Counted from the first letter of the stretch, positions 11,701 to 25,300 are shown. The stretch is DNA of 64,000 nucleotides from Klebsormidium nitens (GCA_000708835.1 DF236965.1:124001-188000), one strand, 5' to 3'. Notes: generated by a model not told the origin, from the letters alone. Program-made: numbers and translations.

Positions 11701-13079
11701 CTCGAAGTTCGAACTCTGCCTTTCAACTTAAGCGTCCCTACCTGCGACCAAGGCTGGCGGGGCTGACAGGGCCGGCGGGGAGGGGGTAACAGCGTCGGTG
11801 GTGGGAGTTGGAGTGACGCTGTAAGGCGCGGGGCACTCGGGTCCGTTGTAGCCGGTTACGCAGAGGCACTGGATGATTGTCTGGGTGCCGATTTTGGTGG
11901 TGTCGGAGATTTGTGTGGTGTCACAGCGCTGGTTCTCGGGGCAGACCAGGCCGTTTGAACACACCTGGCCCACCGGGGCGGGCGCTGCTGCACGCAGACA
12001 AGGTAAATCCAAAGAAGGTTTCAACAGTTAGAGGCATGCTGTAAGGACATTTCACTTGGGGGCTACTCAGAGTAATTAGTAGTAGACCGGGGATGAAGGA
12101 AAGGGATGCCGCTACTGGCGCCGCGGCCACAAATCGGCCACGGCGGAAATCGATGATTTTCAGGGTCCCCTTGAATCGACCACTAAGACCATCATGCATG
12201 AGAGGAGGGGGACGAACAACGATGAGCTTTTCAAACGGAAGTGGCCCGTCCTTGTCAAGATCGCCGTTCCCTTGGATAGGCACTGCGGGTATCTGGATGT
12301 TAGGATCCTTCCATGGATACACAAACAGAAGACCACCTTTCGTCCCTGCCGCGGTGGACGTACTTGTCAGGTGGAGTCCAGATTCAAGTAACAGAGAGCC
12401 TTTTGAAGAAATCTAAAAAACCGGTACCATGAAACAAGCTGTGGGTGCCCATGAGGGAGCTGCCCCTTCTGGAAATGGTTTGAATAGATCCACTTACGTG
12501 CTGTTTGGTGCAAGCGCCGGTTGTGATGCAGAGCAGTCTGCCGCCCCTCTGTAGGAAAGACTGCCAGCAGGAAATGTATGCACAGGGGTTAGGGGCAGAG
12601 ACCTGGGACACAATCTAATGCGAGAACCTCCATTGCAAAGCAGGTGGGGGTGGCAGCAATAACTTATAAGGTGAAACTTTCGTCCTCCCTTACTCCCTTA
12701 CTCCCTCCCTCCCTCCTTCCCTCTCCCTCTCTCTTCCTCTCTCCCTCCCTCCTTCCCTGTGCAAAGGGCAGTGACAGAATGTGAAGGCACTCTGGCAAAG
12801 ATTGATTGCAAGGGATTCATTGGTTAACCAACATGTGGATACACTGTGAAGTGAAGTGCACGGAACAGCATTACCACATCCCATTGGCTTTCCTCCTTCT
12901 GATGGTGCGTCAAATCAGCTCCTCAGATAGCTGAGAAAGAGCCAGACCAACATGCTTGCTTGGACAGAACTCAATGTGGCGATCAAAAGTTAGGAGTATT
13001 CGAAGTGGGCGTTGAGATCCCCACCTGTGGTGCTCAGTAGGACGAGGAGGGCCACCAGTGTGCTCACAGCCGTACTCAT
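8757..13079 (-). CDS. Type I single-pass membrane protein with two EGF-like domains (~290 aa)
   Basis: Model 13079-13025, 12548-12498, 12399-12364, 11987-11742, 10580-10377, 9725-9634, 8945-8757 (873 nt, in frame). Contains signal peptide MSTAVSTLVALLVLLSTTEG, two C-x5-C-x5-C-x16/18-C-x-C-x8-C repeats, P/S/T/A linkers, TM VAAIVGIAVGCAAAVGLLAVGVLFGL followed by RRRR, and a short tail ending PPPDPEA*. Confidence 0.8.
9065..9105. repeat. 19-bp direct tandem duplication in an intron
   Basis: ACTCGACAATGCATCAGTA occurs twice in tandem. Confidence 0.9.
12686..12757. repeat. Polypyrimidine/polypurine (CTCC-rich) tract in intron 1 of the EGF-TM gene
   Basis: Almost exclusively C/T on the + strand, with repeated TCCC units. 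Confidence 0.9.
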
Positions 13080-13948
13080 TCTGAACCACGAACTGACACA
13101 GCATAGAAACTGGAATCAGTCACAGAATGGGTCTGCGCCTAGAAAGTTGGCTACCGGATAGAAGGTGTCAAAGCATTCTGCGACAAGAAACCAAGCCTCG
13201 GCTGATGACCTCAATTTTTAGTGCCTCATGAGCTGATACTATATTGGTCAGGGCTCAACCTGATTCAGCTTCTCGCTGGTTCCTGAGGCTTATACAGCAT
13301 TGAGCAGGAACTTTTACCAGGGGAATGCCCTTCACGTTGGACACAAGCTGCCAGTGCACGTCAGCTGCCGCACACAGACTTTGCCACCTCCATACACGCA
13401 GACTCGTCCGACTTGTTCCAACTCCCATCTTTATCTCATCATCCGTTGTTGTCAAGCCTCAAGGGCGATGCAATGGCGCCATCCCAGGGCCAGATTCCCT
13501 TGAAAAGATACCTTCACCCGGAAATTGGGGGCCTTCCAGGATGATCCCTCAGGTTAAGTATTTGGTTAAACATAGACCACAAACTTAACTTCAATAGCTC
13601 GCTAGCTGGAAGTTCCCTGGAGTAAGGAAAGTGGCTTGTTTCCATGCGATAATCAACCACCTGACAAATTAAATTACCGTATATCGTAGATAACGCGCCG
13701 CTCGACAAATCTGTAAAGTGCGTGCAAAACGGCACGCCTGACAAAATTGGTAGCACTGCCGTTGCATCGCGCACCGTCCGATCGGCAACGCACGGTCCGA
13801 TATCGACCGTGCTCGACGCGACCGTGTCGACCCACAAAGTTGCTCGCTGCGACCGTCTGAATTGCAGTACATAAGGGCGGCGCCCCCGGTGGTAGGGTGG
13901 TGGTTCGCGGCGGCTTGCCCCGGGTGCCACCTGCACTGCAAGTCCACT

Positions 13949-14115
13949 AGCATTAGGGTCTCGCGTACCGCCCGGGGAGCAACCGGGCCCTCCTTGTGAC
14001 ATTAGGGTCTCGCGGGCAACCGAGTGACAACCGGGCACTTCCCAGTGACATTAGGGTGTGGCGGTCACTCTATCCTAGGTTTTTAGTGTGCCCGGTACTT
14101 CCCTGTGACAACCGC
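13949..14115. repeat. Cluster of short dispersed direct repeats
   Basis: CATTAGGGT x3 (two extended to CATTAGGGTCTCGCG), GTGACAACCG x2 and CAACCGGG x2 within ~170 bp. Confidence 0.75.
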
Positions 14116-15250
14116 CCGGGGATTCCCAATTTTGTCAAGCCATGCATTATCTCCGATATACGGTATTTATAAATTTGTAGCGGCGCACGTCTTTCACGCG
14201 CTTGTAGACCAGTTTTATGCCTGGGAAGTTCGGGCGTATGTATGTACCGTATGTACTAAAACGGTGGCGCACTTTGTCACCCCTTCGTTCCCAGGCTCGG
14301 CACTCCATAACGGTACCCATTGCCCCACCACCCCACGCTTGGAGGCAACGGGGCAAACCGCGTCCTTCTTCCCCTTTCTCACGACACTCACTTGTCTATG
14401 TCAATAATGTTCAGAGATGAATATGATCTGCATGTTACTGGACGACCAACCGTCTTGCTTTTACTGGGAGAACTACTTTAGAACACGGCACTTATATGAG
14501 CTTAGCTATGTGTATGCAGCAGCTTTTGTAGATACCTCCTGAACTCGTTGAGCACTCGGTCCACTGCTCAAGAAGGGCCTCATCAGGAACAAAGTTGAAT
14601 CAAAGCGCGCATGTATGGCTAGCCTTATATTCCAACATTGGAGCGGCGAAACGTCTACCCGCCACTCCATTATTCATGGCCTAATAGTGTTTGAGAGAAT
14701 GTCGGCGGGTTCGAGAATTGTAAGTGGATAGAAGCAAACACTTTTCATGAACTCGAGCATGCCAATATAAGGACACACCGGCTTTACTGCCTGCAGGCCC
14801 GATTCGCAGAAGAGACCATCATGTGAGATGCTTGGACTCGACATCAAATGGAGTTGGATATCTTCTAAGGGTAGAGTTTATTGATGACATCTCGGGCGAA
14901 TGTACAGTATTTGATCTGCCCCCTTGATCCCGCTGGCGGAACTTGCCAGAGTGGTGAACCTTTAGTTCAGCTGGTCCGTGTCTTCAACGTGTCGGCAGTC
15001 TCTCGCTAAGTCTGTATTTTACACGGTATTTACATGTTGCACGACTTCTTTGCAGCCCTAGATCCTTCGAAGAAACCAACCCTAGCCCTCACCTAGACAT
15101 CCAACACTTTGCGTGCGGTCCCTACACGAGACAGCACAACTTGACGACAGACGTGCCACTCTCGTTATTCGCAACCCAAAAAGCTCCTCTTCCGGTGGGG
15201 CTTCCCCCATATGCAGCTGGCCAGTTGAGAATCTGTGCCGACATCCGCTG

Positions 15251-18200
15251 CTAGCGGATGCCTGCTTTCTGCAGATATTGCCGAAACTCATCCTGCTCTT
15301 CTTCGGAGATGACGTCAAGATTCTCCGGCCCTGGCAGCGGGCCCTGCTGCTTTCCTTGTCCCACGCCTGCCCCCACTTGCTCTTGCATGTACCGCAGGTC
15401 GGATAAGAGGGCCGATGACGTGGAGCGGCCCTGCGCGAGCACGCGCTCGCAGTACTCACGGTGGGTCTCAGCCTGCGCGTAAGTGGAAGAAGCAACGTTG
15501 ACAGGCAGCTCTTCATCAGCCTTTCTACTTTAAAATGCAAAGCCTGATTGGCTGAGTGAATGAGGCGTTCCACGGACCGCTAAAAGTACGAATTTAGTAG
15601 TCTGTCAACCTGAGGAGGACTTCGCGACTATGCTATATGAAGAGCAAAGACGACAGTATGCAAGGGGATGTGAGGACAATATCCGACATTTCCAAAGGGC
15701 GATCAGGGACCTCGACATACCAGCTTGGCTGTCGCTCGCCGGTTCATGTAGGCGATGAGATTCCGCTTGATCACGATGGCCGACTGCAGCCGCCGCCGAA
15801 TCGCCACTTGCTCCTCCTGCAAAATGAACAGAACAGCATTAGAAAGGGCTTCCGAGCAGTCCAGCAATGGCAAGATGGCCAAAGTCGAAAGATCATTGTG
15901 AATGAGCATCTCAAGCCTCGCTCGTGCAACAGGCAGCGGACGAAAAGCGGCGTTGATCGGTATCGAGAATTAGCAGCTAATACGCCACCGATCCTATCAT
16001 ACGAAAGGGTTAAAAAAAGCCGCTCATCAATAGTCGGTTGTGAGCACGTGCTGACGGGGTTGCAGGAAAGTCGAGCTTAGCATCCGAGACAAGTTTGATT
16101 GCGTTGGCAAGAATGCGTTCCTGGTCACCCTTTCGATGCTTATCCGCGGATGTCGCACACCTTGCACCAAAGCAAAGATTGGCACACTATAACTGACAGA
16201 TGTGCCCTCTGTAGCAACTTCGAGGCATGGCTTTGGACCTGTCTTCGCTCCTGGTACGAAGACTCCTTCAGTAATATCGTTCTCCTGCTTTCTCCGGGTT
16301 GCCGGCACGCCTGGAGTCATTGACTTCAGCCGTCTCAGCCCTGCTTACCCTCTCCTTCTCGTTTGGTGTCTCGTTGCCGCCGCTCTTGTCGCTTCGCGCG
16401 GGCCGCGACGCGAGGAACTCGGGCGCCAAGGGTTTCAGGGTTTGCTCCAGGGAGGCTTTGGGATGCTTCGCGCCTTCCCCTTTCCAGGGAAGGGGCAGCC
16501 GCGCCTTCGGCGACGCGAGCTGCAACTGCGCGGACCACGGCCGCACGCGGCCCGGGCCGACCTGCGTCACAGGGTTTAGAGGGTTTGAAGAGTCGGGCGC
16601 TTTTACTGCGTGCGGAAAGTAGGTCGACTTTAACGCAGTGCAAGATACTGTCTGCACGAAAGGTGGATGTGCTCCGACGAGCGGTCTTTGGCTATGACGG
16701 TTAGTTCCTTCGGTCGTCTGGGTCTCTCGTGCGTCCTCTATAGTCGTGACAGCGACTCAGCCTGCTCTCTATGCTCAGAAGCATATGCTGCAGTAGATCT
16801 TCCTGAATCGAAGGCATTTTCGTTCGAAGGACGGCTATATCAATGGCAACGAATGTAAGAATCTTGGCGTCGACCAAGAAGGCAGACGGCTCTTATGGAA
16901 GCTCACGATCACTTCAAGCTCCCGGGCGAGATCTGTAAGATCAATTGGTCAGCCCCACAATATTGGCTGCTTACGTGAGCAATACACCTGATAAAGTATT
17001 CACAAAGTTCAAAACTGTTCGCGGTTTGAAGATGCACTTCAATTTCAGGAAAGAAGAGCCCTTACCTTGACCCAGTTTGCCAGAGGGGCCGCGACGGATG
17101 CGGTGGACGGCCGTTGGACGGCGTCGGGCGGTACTCGGATCGTTTTCAGAGGCCCCGGCAACGCGCTGTGAAGCGGGGCCGCCGCCAAGCGGGACCAGGC
17201 GCCGACCTCAACCTACATGAAAACAGGGCCTCAAGAGAGAGCGTCGGGAGGCCTCAACTTTGGCAAGATCGATCGAAGCTAGTGGAGACAGCGTTCTTTG
17301 TGACGCGGAGGATAGGCTCCGAGTTTTCCGATCTGTTGCTCGGGAACTCTCTGCACCTCCGCTGAATCGTGCACAATGATAGCTTAAGCAGCCTGGTCGT
17401 CAGATTGTTCCAGAAATGTCAAAGCATGTGACAAATATAAAAGGTCAAGTACTCAAACATGACCACCTCACTGCCCGTGCTTTTAGTGCATTCAGTTTTG
17501 TCAAAGCTGCAAGGAATCCTGAGCGGACCGGGAAGCGCCAAAGGACGCCTCTCGCACTTACCTGAATGCGCGCCTGCAGTTCTTGCAGCCGCAGGCGCGC
17601 AGTTTTATATGCAGGAGACTCTAGGACTTTGATCGAAAGCTCCAGGGCTCGTCTGCACCGAGAGAACAGAGGATTGATCAGCAGAGTCCAAAACGTCGCA
17701 GGTATGAGTAGACTCCATGAGTTGTGAAACGCCATGAACATTGGCACCCATGCAGCCTCAGAATTTTGGCTTCGCCCTATACTCGTCAAGTGGTGTCTAT
17801 CCGCGCCGAAGAGGTGAAAGAATTCTTGATCTGTTGTGTGTTGAATAAGCATGATACCGCTCTCTATAGTGCGAAACGCGGAAAAAAGGTGACTATTCTG
17901 TTTTGAAAGCCTTGAGATCGTTTACGAAGATTGTGAGTAGAAGAATTTCAAGGCTTGACCAGAGAACCTATTTGAACAGGGGTATTAAGTAAGCCCAGCG
18001 ATTGAACAGAGCATTCAGATAGAATAAAGGGGACCAGTTCGATGGCAGCAGGAATTACTCAGACACTCTCGTTTGGCTGCATGAGAACAGCTGGGGTACC
18101 GCAGGCTTGCTTTCATGCTTTCTTACTTGGTGTACAGTTGGATCGTGTGAAGCATGCGGGGTAAGTGGGGCGAAGATGCTACCAGGACTGACGTAGGCGC

Positions 18201-21030
18201 CTCGTGCCTGCGTGGATGACACCAAAGTCTTGGATGCGTATAATGCTTAAAGACCAAGCGTCCAGAATGGAGAGTAACAGGCAGAAACGAGGCTCGGCTT
18301 CCGAGCGGACGAGGATCTTGCTGTGCCGATCGTGTCGCTTTCACTAAACCCTTCTCCTAAGCATCAGTAGCGCAAGCCAAATAATTTTGGGATGAAGCAT
18401 CGTCTTATACTTGCTGATCAGCATGGCTTGCCTCTGCAGAAAAAGAAGGTAAAGCTGGACTACAGGCCTCATTGCAATTAGTAGCCAACTCTGGCGAAGT
18501 TTCTCCCGCTCAGAATGTGCCTATAAGTCTACTCAATGTCCTCGACTGGTCATAGTTAAGATCTTCACTATCTAGAGCCCCTGAGATTGCGCTCACCATT
18601 GCTTTGCTACCCGTTCCACTGCCACCATCATTGCCTCGACTTCGTCCTCCGACATGGTCTGAGGAGTCATGTGCTGCCAAACCTGCACGAAACTTGCGAA
18701 TAAGTCCCTTCGCCCCACTTTCGTCAAATGAAGTATCCAATCCTCGAATACAGTAGCACAGGCCTTTAGATCGAAACTTCGCGTTTTGGAGTTTTACGGA
18801 TTTTAGGTCTGCTGGTCGTACGTCATAGTCGCAGGCTCAACGATCATTCTGTGAGTGCTGAAGGAACTGGCTACGAAACTGGTACAGGAGAGCAAGTACG
18901 AGGTGCAAGTGCTCAGCCTGACCTGTACGAGCATATCCGCCAGGTTCTCCCCCACGTGTGGTGGCAGCTGATTGCTGCCAACGCCGTATAATCGTGTCTG
19001 CACAGCGACAAACAGCATAAGACCATTTCCCTGTTCAGAGCGCGACCAGTCCAGAGACCCTGCTCGTGTCCTGTGAGAAGGTGCACAAAGAGTGTGACTC
19101 CTATGTGTGGAGTGACTTTCAGGAAAAGTCACTCCACTTCGGCTTCAGACCCTCTTGGCTTTGAGATTTGGCTAAAGGCCAGCTTTATCCTTTTACTGGT
19201 TGTCCGAGCTGCTCCAAAGCCCGATTGATTTGGCGGAGAGAAAGAGAATCGACAGGCCAACCGGAGCCGGGACTCGAGAAAGGTGGAGGCTATGCCTGTC
19301 GAAGGAGGAAGGGTATCAAATCGCTGATGAGTTGGGTGCCGGATCTGCTTGGACGCGTCGGTGTTCCCTTTTGACTTCTGGTGCTGTTGCAATTGTTAAG
19401 CACTTCAGGCAAGATAACCTGCAGACAACGACATGAACTGTTATGAGGGCTAGAAAAACTTGAATTGCCGTGGGCTTTCCGGAAGCGACAGGCATTGCAA
19501 AGTCTGAGCACGCAGACCTGAACGAGAGTCACTCGGGTGCAATATAAATGTCAAGTGGCATAAGAAAGAGGCATACTGGGATAGCTACAACAGAAGCTGT
19601 GCAAGCCAGATTCCGAGGCAGATCATGAATCATCAAACATGAATGCTGTTCAGGCTGAATGTGCGTCGTGCAGAAGTTCTCGGCTCGAAGAAATCCTTGA
19701 ACACTTGCCTCCAATGGGGTTCGTTCACCGGTCCTCCGTATGGCAGTGTGGTCGACATTCATCACTGCCTTGACCGACTCGAATAGGATGCCAGTGTGGC
19801 CCGGCTGAGAAGGAGAAAGGAGAGAAAGGTGAGGGTACGTGCTCAATATTACTCCCACTCATCGCCACAGAGTTCCCGTTTTCTGAGGCTTTGAAACTCT
19901 TCCCTACAACGCCTCCGTCCAGGAGGAGCCGGCTACACATTTCTGGGGCTGAGCTTTGCAGCAGACTCCACCAATCTTTGAATGGACTGAGTTGAGTGGA
20001 CTGAACGGGTTGACTGACGAACTTTTCATAGACAGGAAGTGTACAGGATATGTCATGCAGAACCGTCATCGAGTAAGGTTCACTCGAGCTCTTACCTCCT
20101 CCATGATCAGGTGCAGCAGCCGCGCTATGAAGGGTGTCTTGGCCAGGCAGACCCCAATCTTGGGCTTGCTGACCTCTTTTCGCCAGTGCAACAGCTGCTC
20201 CAGGCAGCGAGGCGTGTCCTGCAGGCCCCATTTGCTCGTCAGCTGCTACTCGCAATTTGTCTGACACGCTCTTCAGATAAATCTTGCGTTTGCAGAAATA
20301 GGGAGGTCGCCCGGCCTGGCATTACACGGAGTGGTCTTCTACGAAGAACCTCTGACTTTGAGCAGCAGCCTAAAACTTGCAGGTTGGGGTTTTCTGAATG
20401 CAGCTGGGACCAATCCTTAAGGAGGCTCGTTTCAAAGGATTGTTCATTTAGGCCTCAAAGCAAGCTTGGATCACTGGTATTTTACCAGGAAGAGCATCGC
20501 TGCATGCATGATGATGGTTGCGACGCCCTGCTGCGTGAGATTGCTCTCATTGCCGTCGCCATTCTCGTCCCCCAGGACCTCAAGCACACTAGCTGGTTCT
20601 CGGATGGTGCCCCGCCGCCTGTGTCTGCGGTCTGCCATTTTTTTTCAGAATTTATGGTCGAGCGCTTTTAGCAATCCGCCTGCTCCAAGCATGACATGTA
20701 GTGCGGTGCTTGGATACTCTACCCCACGCCAATACTGATCTGGCCCTTCTCAAAAAGCAATGAGGGAGTCATGGTCGAGTGATCATCTGGAGGTAGACAT
20801 ATGTGGTTGCTTGCAAGGCGGAAATGCTGACGGATGTCCCATCCATCTGTCTTGCTGCGAAGCATGAGCGGTGGTTGCACACATGCTCTTTTGAATCATG
20901 AGGGACCAACTTGGGACTTCTGGACCTTTCATTCAAGCGTTCTGCTCCGGTGAACGCTGATGGCTGCGTCCTTCTCAACTTGCAGCAGCTTGCAGCACGC
21001 ATTTGCAGACACGCCTCTCTGAAAGGAGGG
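15251..21030 (-). CDS. Uncharacterised multi-exon protein with a degenerate IQ-like motif; 5' end unresolved and may extend to ~22.1 kb
   Basis: Phase-compatible GT-AG exons encode ...QGVATIIMHAAMLFL | DTPRCLEQLLHWRKEV...LIMEE ... TRLYGVGSNQLPPHVGENLADMLVQ | VWQHMTPQTMSEDEVEAMMVAVERVAKQW | HEAPTSV...IQLYTK | RALELSIKVLESPAY...ARIQ | VGPGRVRPWSAQL...KER | EEQVAIRRRLQSAIVIKRNLIAYMNRRATAKL (15816-15721) | AETHREYCERV...QKAGIR* (15472-15251). Junctions near 19.0-20.1 kb were not resolved. Confidence 0.6.
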
Positions 21031-22396
21031 TGGCGGGAATATTCTGCATCGACGAATTCAAACGTAACGGTATGGGAGGCCAGGCAGCCAGTCAACTGAG
21101 TACGCATGCAGATAGGGACCCGGAGGCTTGCGAACTGCTGACGCATGCTTGGCCATCGCACGGACACAATGATTAGCAACTCAAGCAATTATTGTGAACG
21201 AAGGCTTCTTCGAGCTTCGTTCAGAGCCCAGAGTTTGTAATACCCACTACTAAGCTCAGTGATCCAGCCTGGTGCCCTCTGGTGCAGCCTATCCAGGTGA
21301 CCCGACGATATTAGAGCCATCCCAGGGGCATTCCAGGCTGGCCGGGTGGTGATACCTACTTATGGTGCATCAGCCGAGAGTACCGGTGGGTACTATCAGT
21401 ACTAGGGTGTGGAATTCTACATTATACTCATGTCTGTACGTCATGACCATCTGATGTCCTTATTAAATGCTGCAAGACCGAAGTGCCTAGACATCTGGTG
21501 CGATGCATCTTGCATGGTGCACCAATCTGCGGCGGCCTTGCAAATCTGCTGTCGAATCCTTCCAACAGGCTGAAGTTAGGTGTTTCATTCCTTTCTAGAA
21601 GTAGCGAATCCAGATTCCAGACTTTCACTGTATATGTTGACCCGTAATTGTATAACCGTTTTGAGGTCAGTCGAACGTTTTGTCGCTCGCGGGCTTTCTT
21701 GATGGCGAAACCGGTCGTCCGCTTGCAGATCATCGGCCCGTAATCAAGCTCCTAATGCTAGGACGGGGTGCCCGGTGTAGACAACCGAGCGAAACACAGT
21801 AGCACCCCAAAGGAGCACAAACGTGGCCCCATTCGTTCCCGTCGATAAGACATGCATGGACGGTGAGAACCACCCCGACACTGTGCTGCAGTGTATGTGC
21901 GCTATGCAAGACGACGACTAGCACTGGCAGAGATCAGAGGAGGGCGTCGTTTCTTCAGCTGAAGGGTGCTTGTGCGCACAGAAGGTCGACTTTAGGAGCT
22001 GGTGCCACAATTGGAAAGATTTCGGTCATTGTGACATCAGTGGCAGAGAACACTTTACAGTCTTGCACCATACATATCTTACATCTTTGCAACTTCTGTT
22101 TTCTCAAAATTTCCTTTCCCGTCTCTTGTTCGCTTTCAGTTTGCCCACGCAAGCACTACGCCTCAGTACTCTGAAAGCCAGCCCTAGGTCACAGCATTGG
22201 CATTCCTGACATGCTGGCACTATCTTTTCACAGCGTCCGTGTGAGCGCCCACAGCATTGCTGCCCTTTGCTGCAAGCCCCTGCATGCAACAGGACACCAA
22301 ACACTTGTTGATTTGCAGAGATTTGCCCTGCCGATCAGACAAAAGTTTCTACCTAACCAGCTCACCTATCGTACATTTCACAAGAGTGAGATCAGG

Positions 22397-25300
22397 ATGG
22401 TCGAGGGACCAGGAGTTCATAGAGTGGCGATCGCACACAAGAAAGCACTGCTAGGGAAGGTAAGGTTGCATCAGTACCTTCGCTGCCCTGCTTTATTCAT
22501 GAGCTTACATGGAACTTTTGGCCAATGCAGAGGTTTCATAATTTGGCGTCATATGTACATCGGAAGTGTCTGCTTGTAATGGAGAGGGCTTGAGTTAGTA
22601 CCACTCTTGGAATGCAGTGTCCCTGTGGGTGGCCCCTTTCAATCAAAAACTGCCGGCAGCCATTACAGGCAACAAGTTAATTCCTGGCATATTCTACAGG
22701 TACTTTTGTACGGACTCTGTATTTACGTTCTTCGTACGACTATACTTCTCTGGAAGCGCCTGGTTTTGGATGTTGAGATTTGGCAATCTTGTGCAGAAAT
22801 TTGAAGCGTCCTCACCGAATGGCCGATTTGCGGAGGGGGCCGCTGCCATCACGGGTCGGAATCTTGCGCGCATTGAAGCGCACGGGAAGAACCTGTTTTA
22901 CTTCTTCACTGCTGACGGCCAGGAGCCTGTGGTGGTGCACATTCACTTTGGAATGTCGGGCAGGTTCTCAGCGCACAAGCTGCCAAGTGAGGACACAGAC
23001 CTTTAGTCCTTTCTCGAAAAGAAATACACAAAATTGGCCAGGTTTAACCACCGCATTCTGTAGGTGGAAAGTTGCAGAGAATTGAATGGCCAGGAGTTTG
23101 GAGTCTGCTTCATCTGTAAGGTGTGGGCAATTCGGATGTAATAATGCGAGTCAGTGCATTAGTCACGCTCTTCGCGCCTATTGTGCTCTGCCTGCAAGTT
23201 TCTCTCTAGGTGCCCAGTCTTTCAAATCGAATATCACTCAGTTTGCGAGTGCTACATCTTCCAGCTAGGCTGTGCCTCCTCATGGATCCGAATCTCCATC
23301 ATTACGACTTAAAAGGCAGAGTAGCTTTAGCTTTTGTGACCAGAAAATTGTGGAGCCTTAGCGGCAATTGACCATGTTGTCCAGGCCCTGAGCCCAGGGA
23401 GACCACCCGCCTCCAGCTGGTGAACCGCGAGGCTAAAATTGGAGCGCACCTGAGCGCCATGTTTTGCAACTACGGCCCCCCGGAGTTCTACGACCAGAAG
23501 CTGGCGCTGCTGGGGCCAGACCCCCTGAGAGACGACGCCGATAAGGAGGTGGTGTGGAAGAAGATGCAGGTCAGGCAGGAGTTTTGTTTTTCTCGAGGGG
23601 GTCAGCTTTAGTCACCTATTTTCCTCTTCCAGTCTAGCTCATGGAGTGTCTGACTGTGTACAATCGACAAGTTTTTAGTGGTAAGGGCAATTTTGATAAG
23701 AGGGGGTTGACGCGTCACACAGAAGCAGAGTGAATGCTTGTCGGGTTGCGGGAACAAAGTAAATGCTTGTCGGGTTGCGGGAACAAAACATTTTAGCATG
23801 TTCGTGGGTATGTCAATCTGCAGGAACGTTTTTCGGAGGCTCTAAGAGATTCACAGTGTTAGTCACCAGACATGCCAAAACTTTACTGTGGTGCCACGAT
23901 ATAACTCTGCTTACTTCCGAGTTACGCTGTTGCAGACTCATGGGAAGCCCACTTGATTGAAGTTCGCCATTTTGATATGAGACCATCCGTGAGCAAACGG
24001 TCCTCATATCTGCGCCCCTTGAAGCTTTGGTCGTTTCGTGCAGGCCAGCAAGTCACCAATTGGGACTTTCGTCATGGATCAGAGCAAGATTGCAGGGATT
24101 GGAAACATCTACCGAGCAGGTACAGTACGATCACTAGAACCTCCAAGGTTTTGGTTCTGCTCTGATTGTGTTTTGTTGACAACTTGCAATCCGGGAAGAA
24201 TTTTCAAGATATGAGTGTTTAAAAGTTTGAAACGTCCCGTTCGGCTCGCTCCCAAAGCGCAGCACGTCTTGCGCTTTGCCTGCTCTGATGCGCGGAATTT
24301 GCTGTGCCACTCTTAAGAGATTGTTCGGCAGCAAGTGACACACGAGAATGTCGATGGGCCAGTCATTTGTTTCGGTCTGGAGTATTTGAGTAGTTCTGAG
24401 AGGTTATCAGGATCTTCTATTCGGGAATGTTCTTGCTACTAGGAAGCCCTTTTTAGATAGTTGAAAGTTTCGAAGTCAATCTTGGCAGATGGAGGCAATT
24501 CTTTGACTCTACAAACTCGACCTAAGGCTTTTCCTGGAGCGAGGGTCGCAGTGATCGAAGCATTCTCTCTCAGATTTATTGGCTCTCCTTTCCTCCCTCC
24601 CGTTCAGAAATCCTCTTTTTGGCGGGGATCCACCCGGAGCAGCCTTCAAAGACTGTTTCCCGGGATGCCTTTGAGCGGATGTGGGAAGAGGTGAGAATGA
24701 GACGCGCAAGTTGTTCAATTGGACGAGCCGGCTGTGGAGCTAGGCCTCAAGGACGGTGCAAATTGCGCCTTTGCGGTCCTCTGCTCGCGCCCCAATTCCG
24801 CAATCATTTTCTCACCGATTAAGTCGACTAGTAAATGGACCCTTGGTGGAAGTTGCTGTGCTCGTATCTGAGGGGGTCGTACTGTTATTTTCAAGGGCAA
24901 GCGATTCAGAGATGAGACAGGAGAGAAACGTCAGGGGCATGAGACGTCGGCAATTACGGAGGAGGCAAGGGTCTCCGACTCCTCGTGAAGCCGCAGTTCC
25001 CTTCCCTTCTTCTCCTGTCGAACTGTCCTTCTGAACATGGGTAAAAGCGGCCGACCTGATTCTGGTCCTTACTATGGTTCTTATCAGGCACCTGGTCAAA
25101 GCCCTTACCACCTGGTCTAGAAAAGCGTTGCGCGCACTGTTTACCCAATCCCATGATTGACCCCCAACTCGCTTTGTTGTGGCAGTCCGTCCGGCTTCTG
25201 CATATCGGCGTGCAGACCGGAAGAATTGTCACCATGGATCCTGTCGAGCTGGGTAAGCTTGGCGTCGCTCTGTAATGATTCGCCACGTGGCGCGCTTTCA

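Noticed and set aside
12093-12363. In-frame ORF extension (YPWKDPNIQIPAV...) of the EGF-TM gene
   Set aside because: A strong GTACGT donor at 12363 gives a correct phase-1 join; the longer version would need a weak GTCTAC donor.
19290-19420. Possible GC-AG intron donors in the unknown gene (also near 21470)
   Set aside because: Inferred only to rescue the frame; cannot be supported without transcripts.
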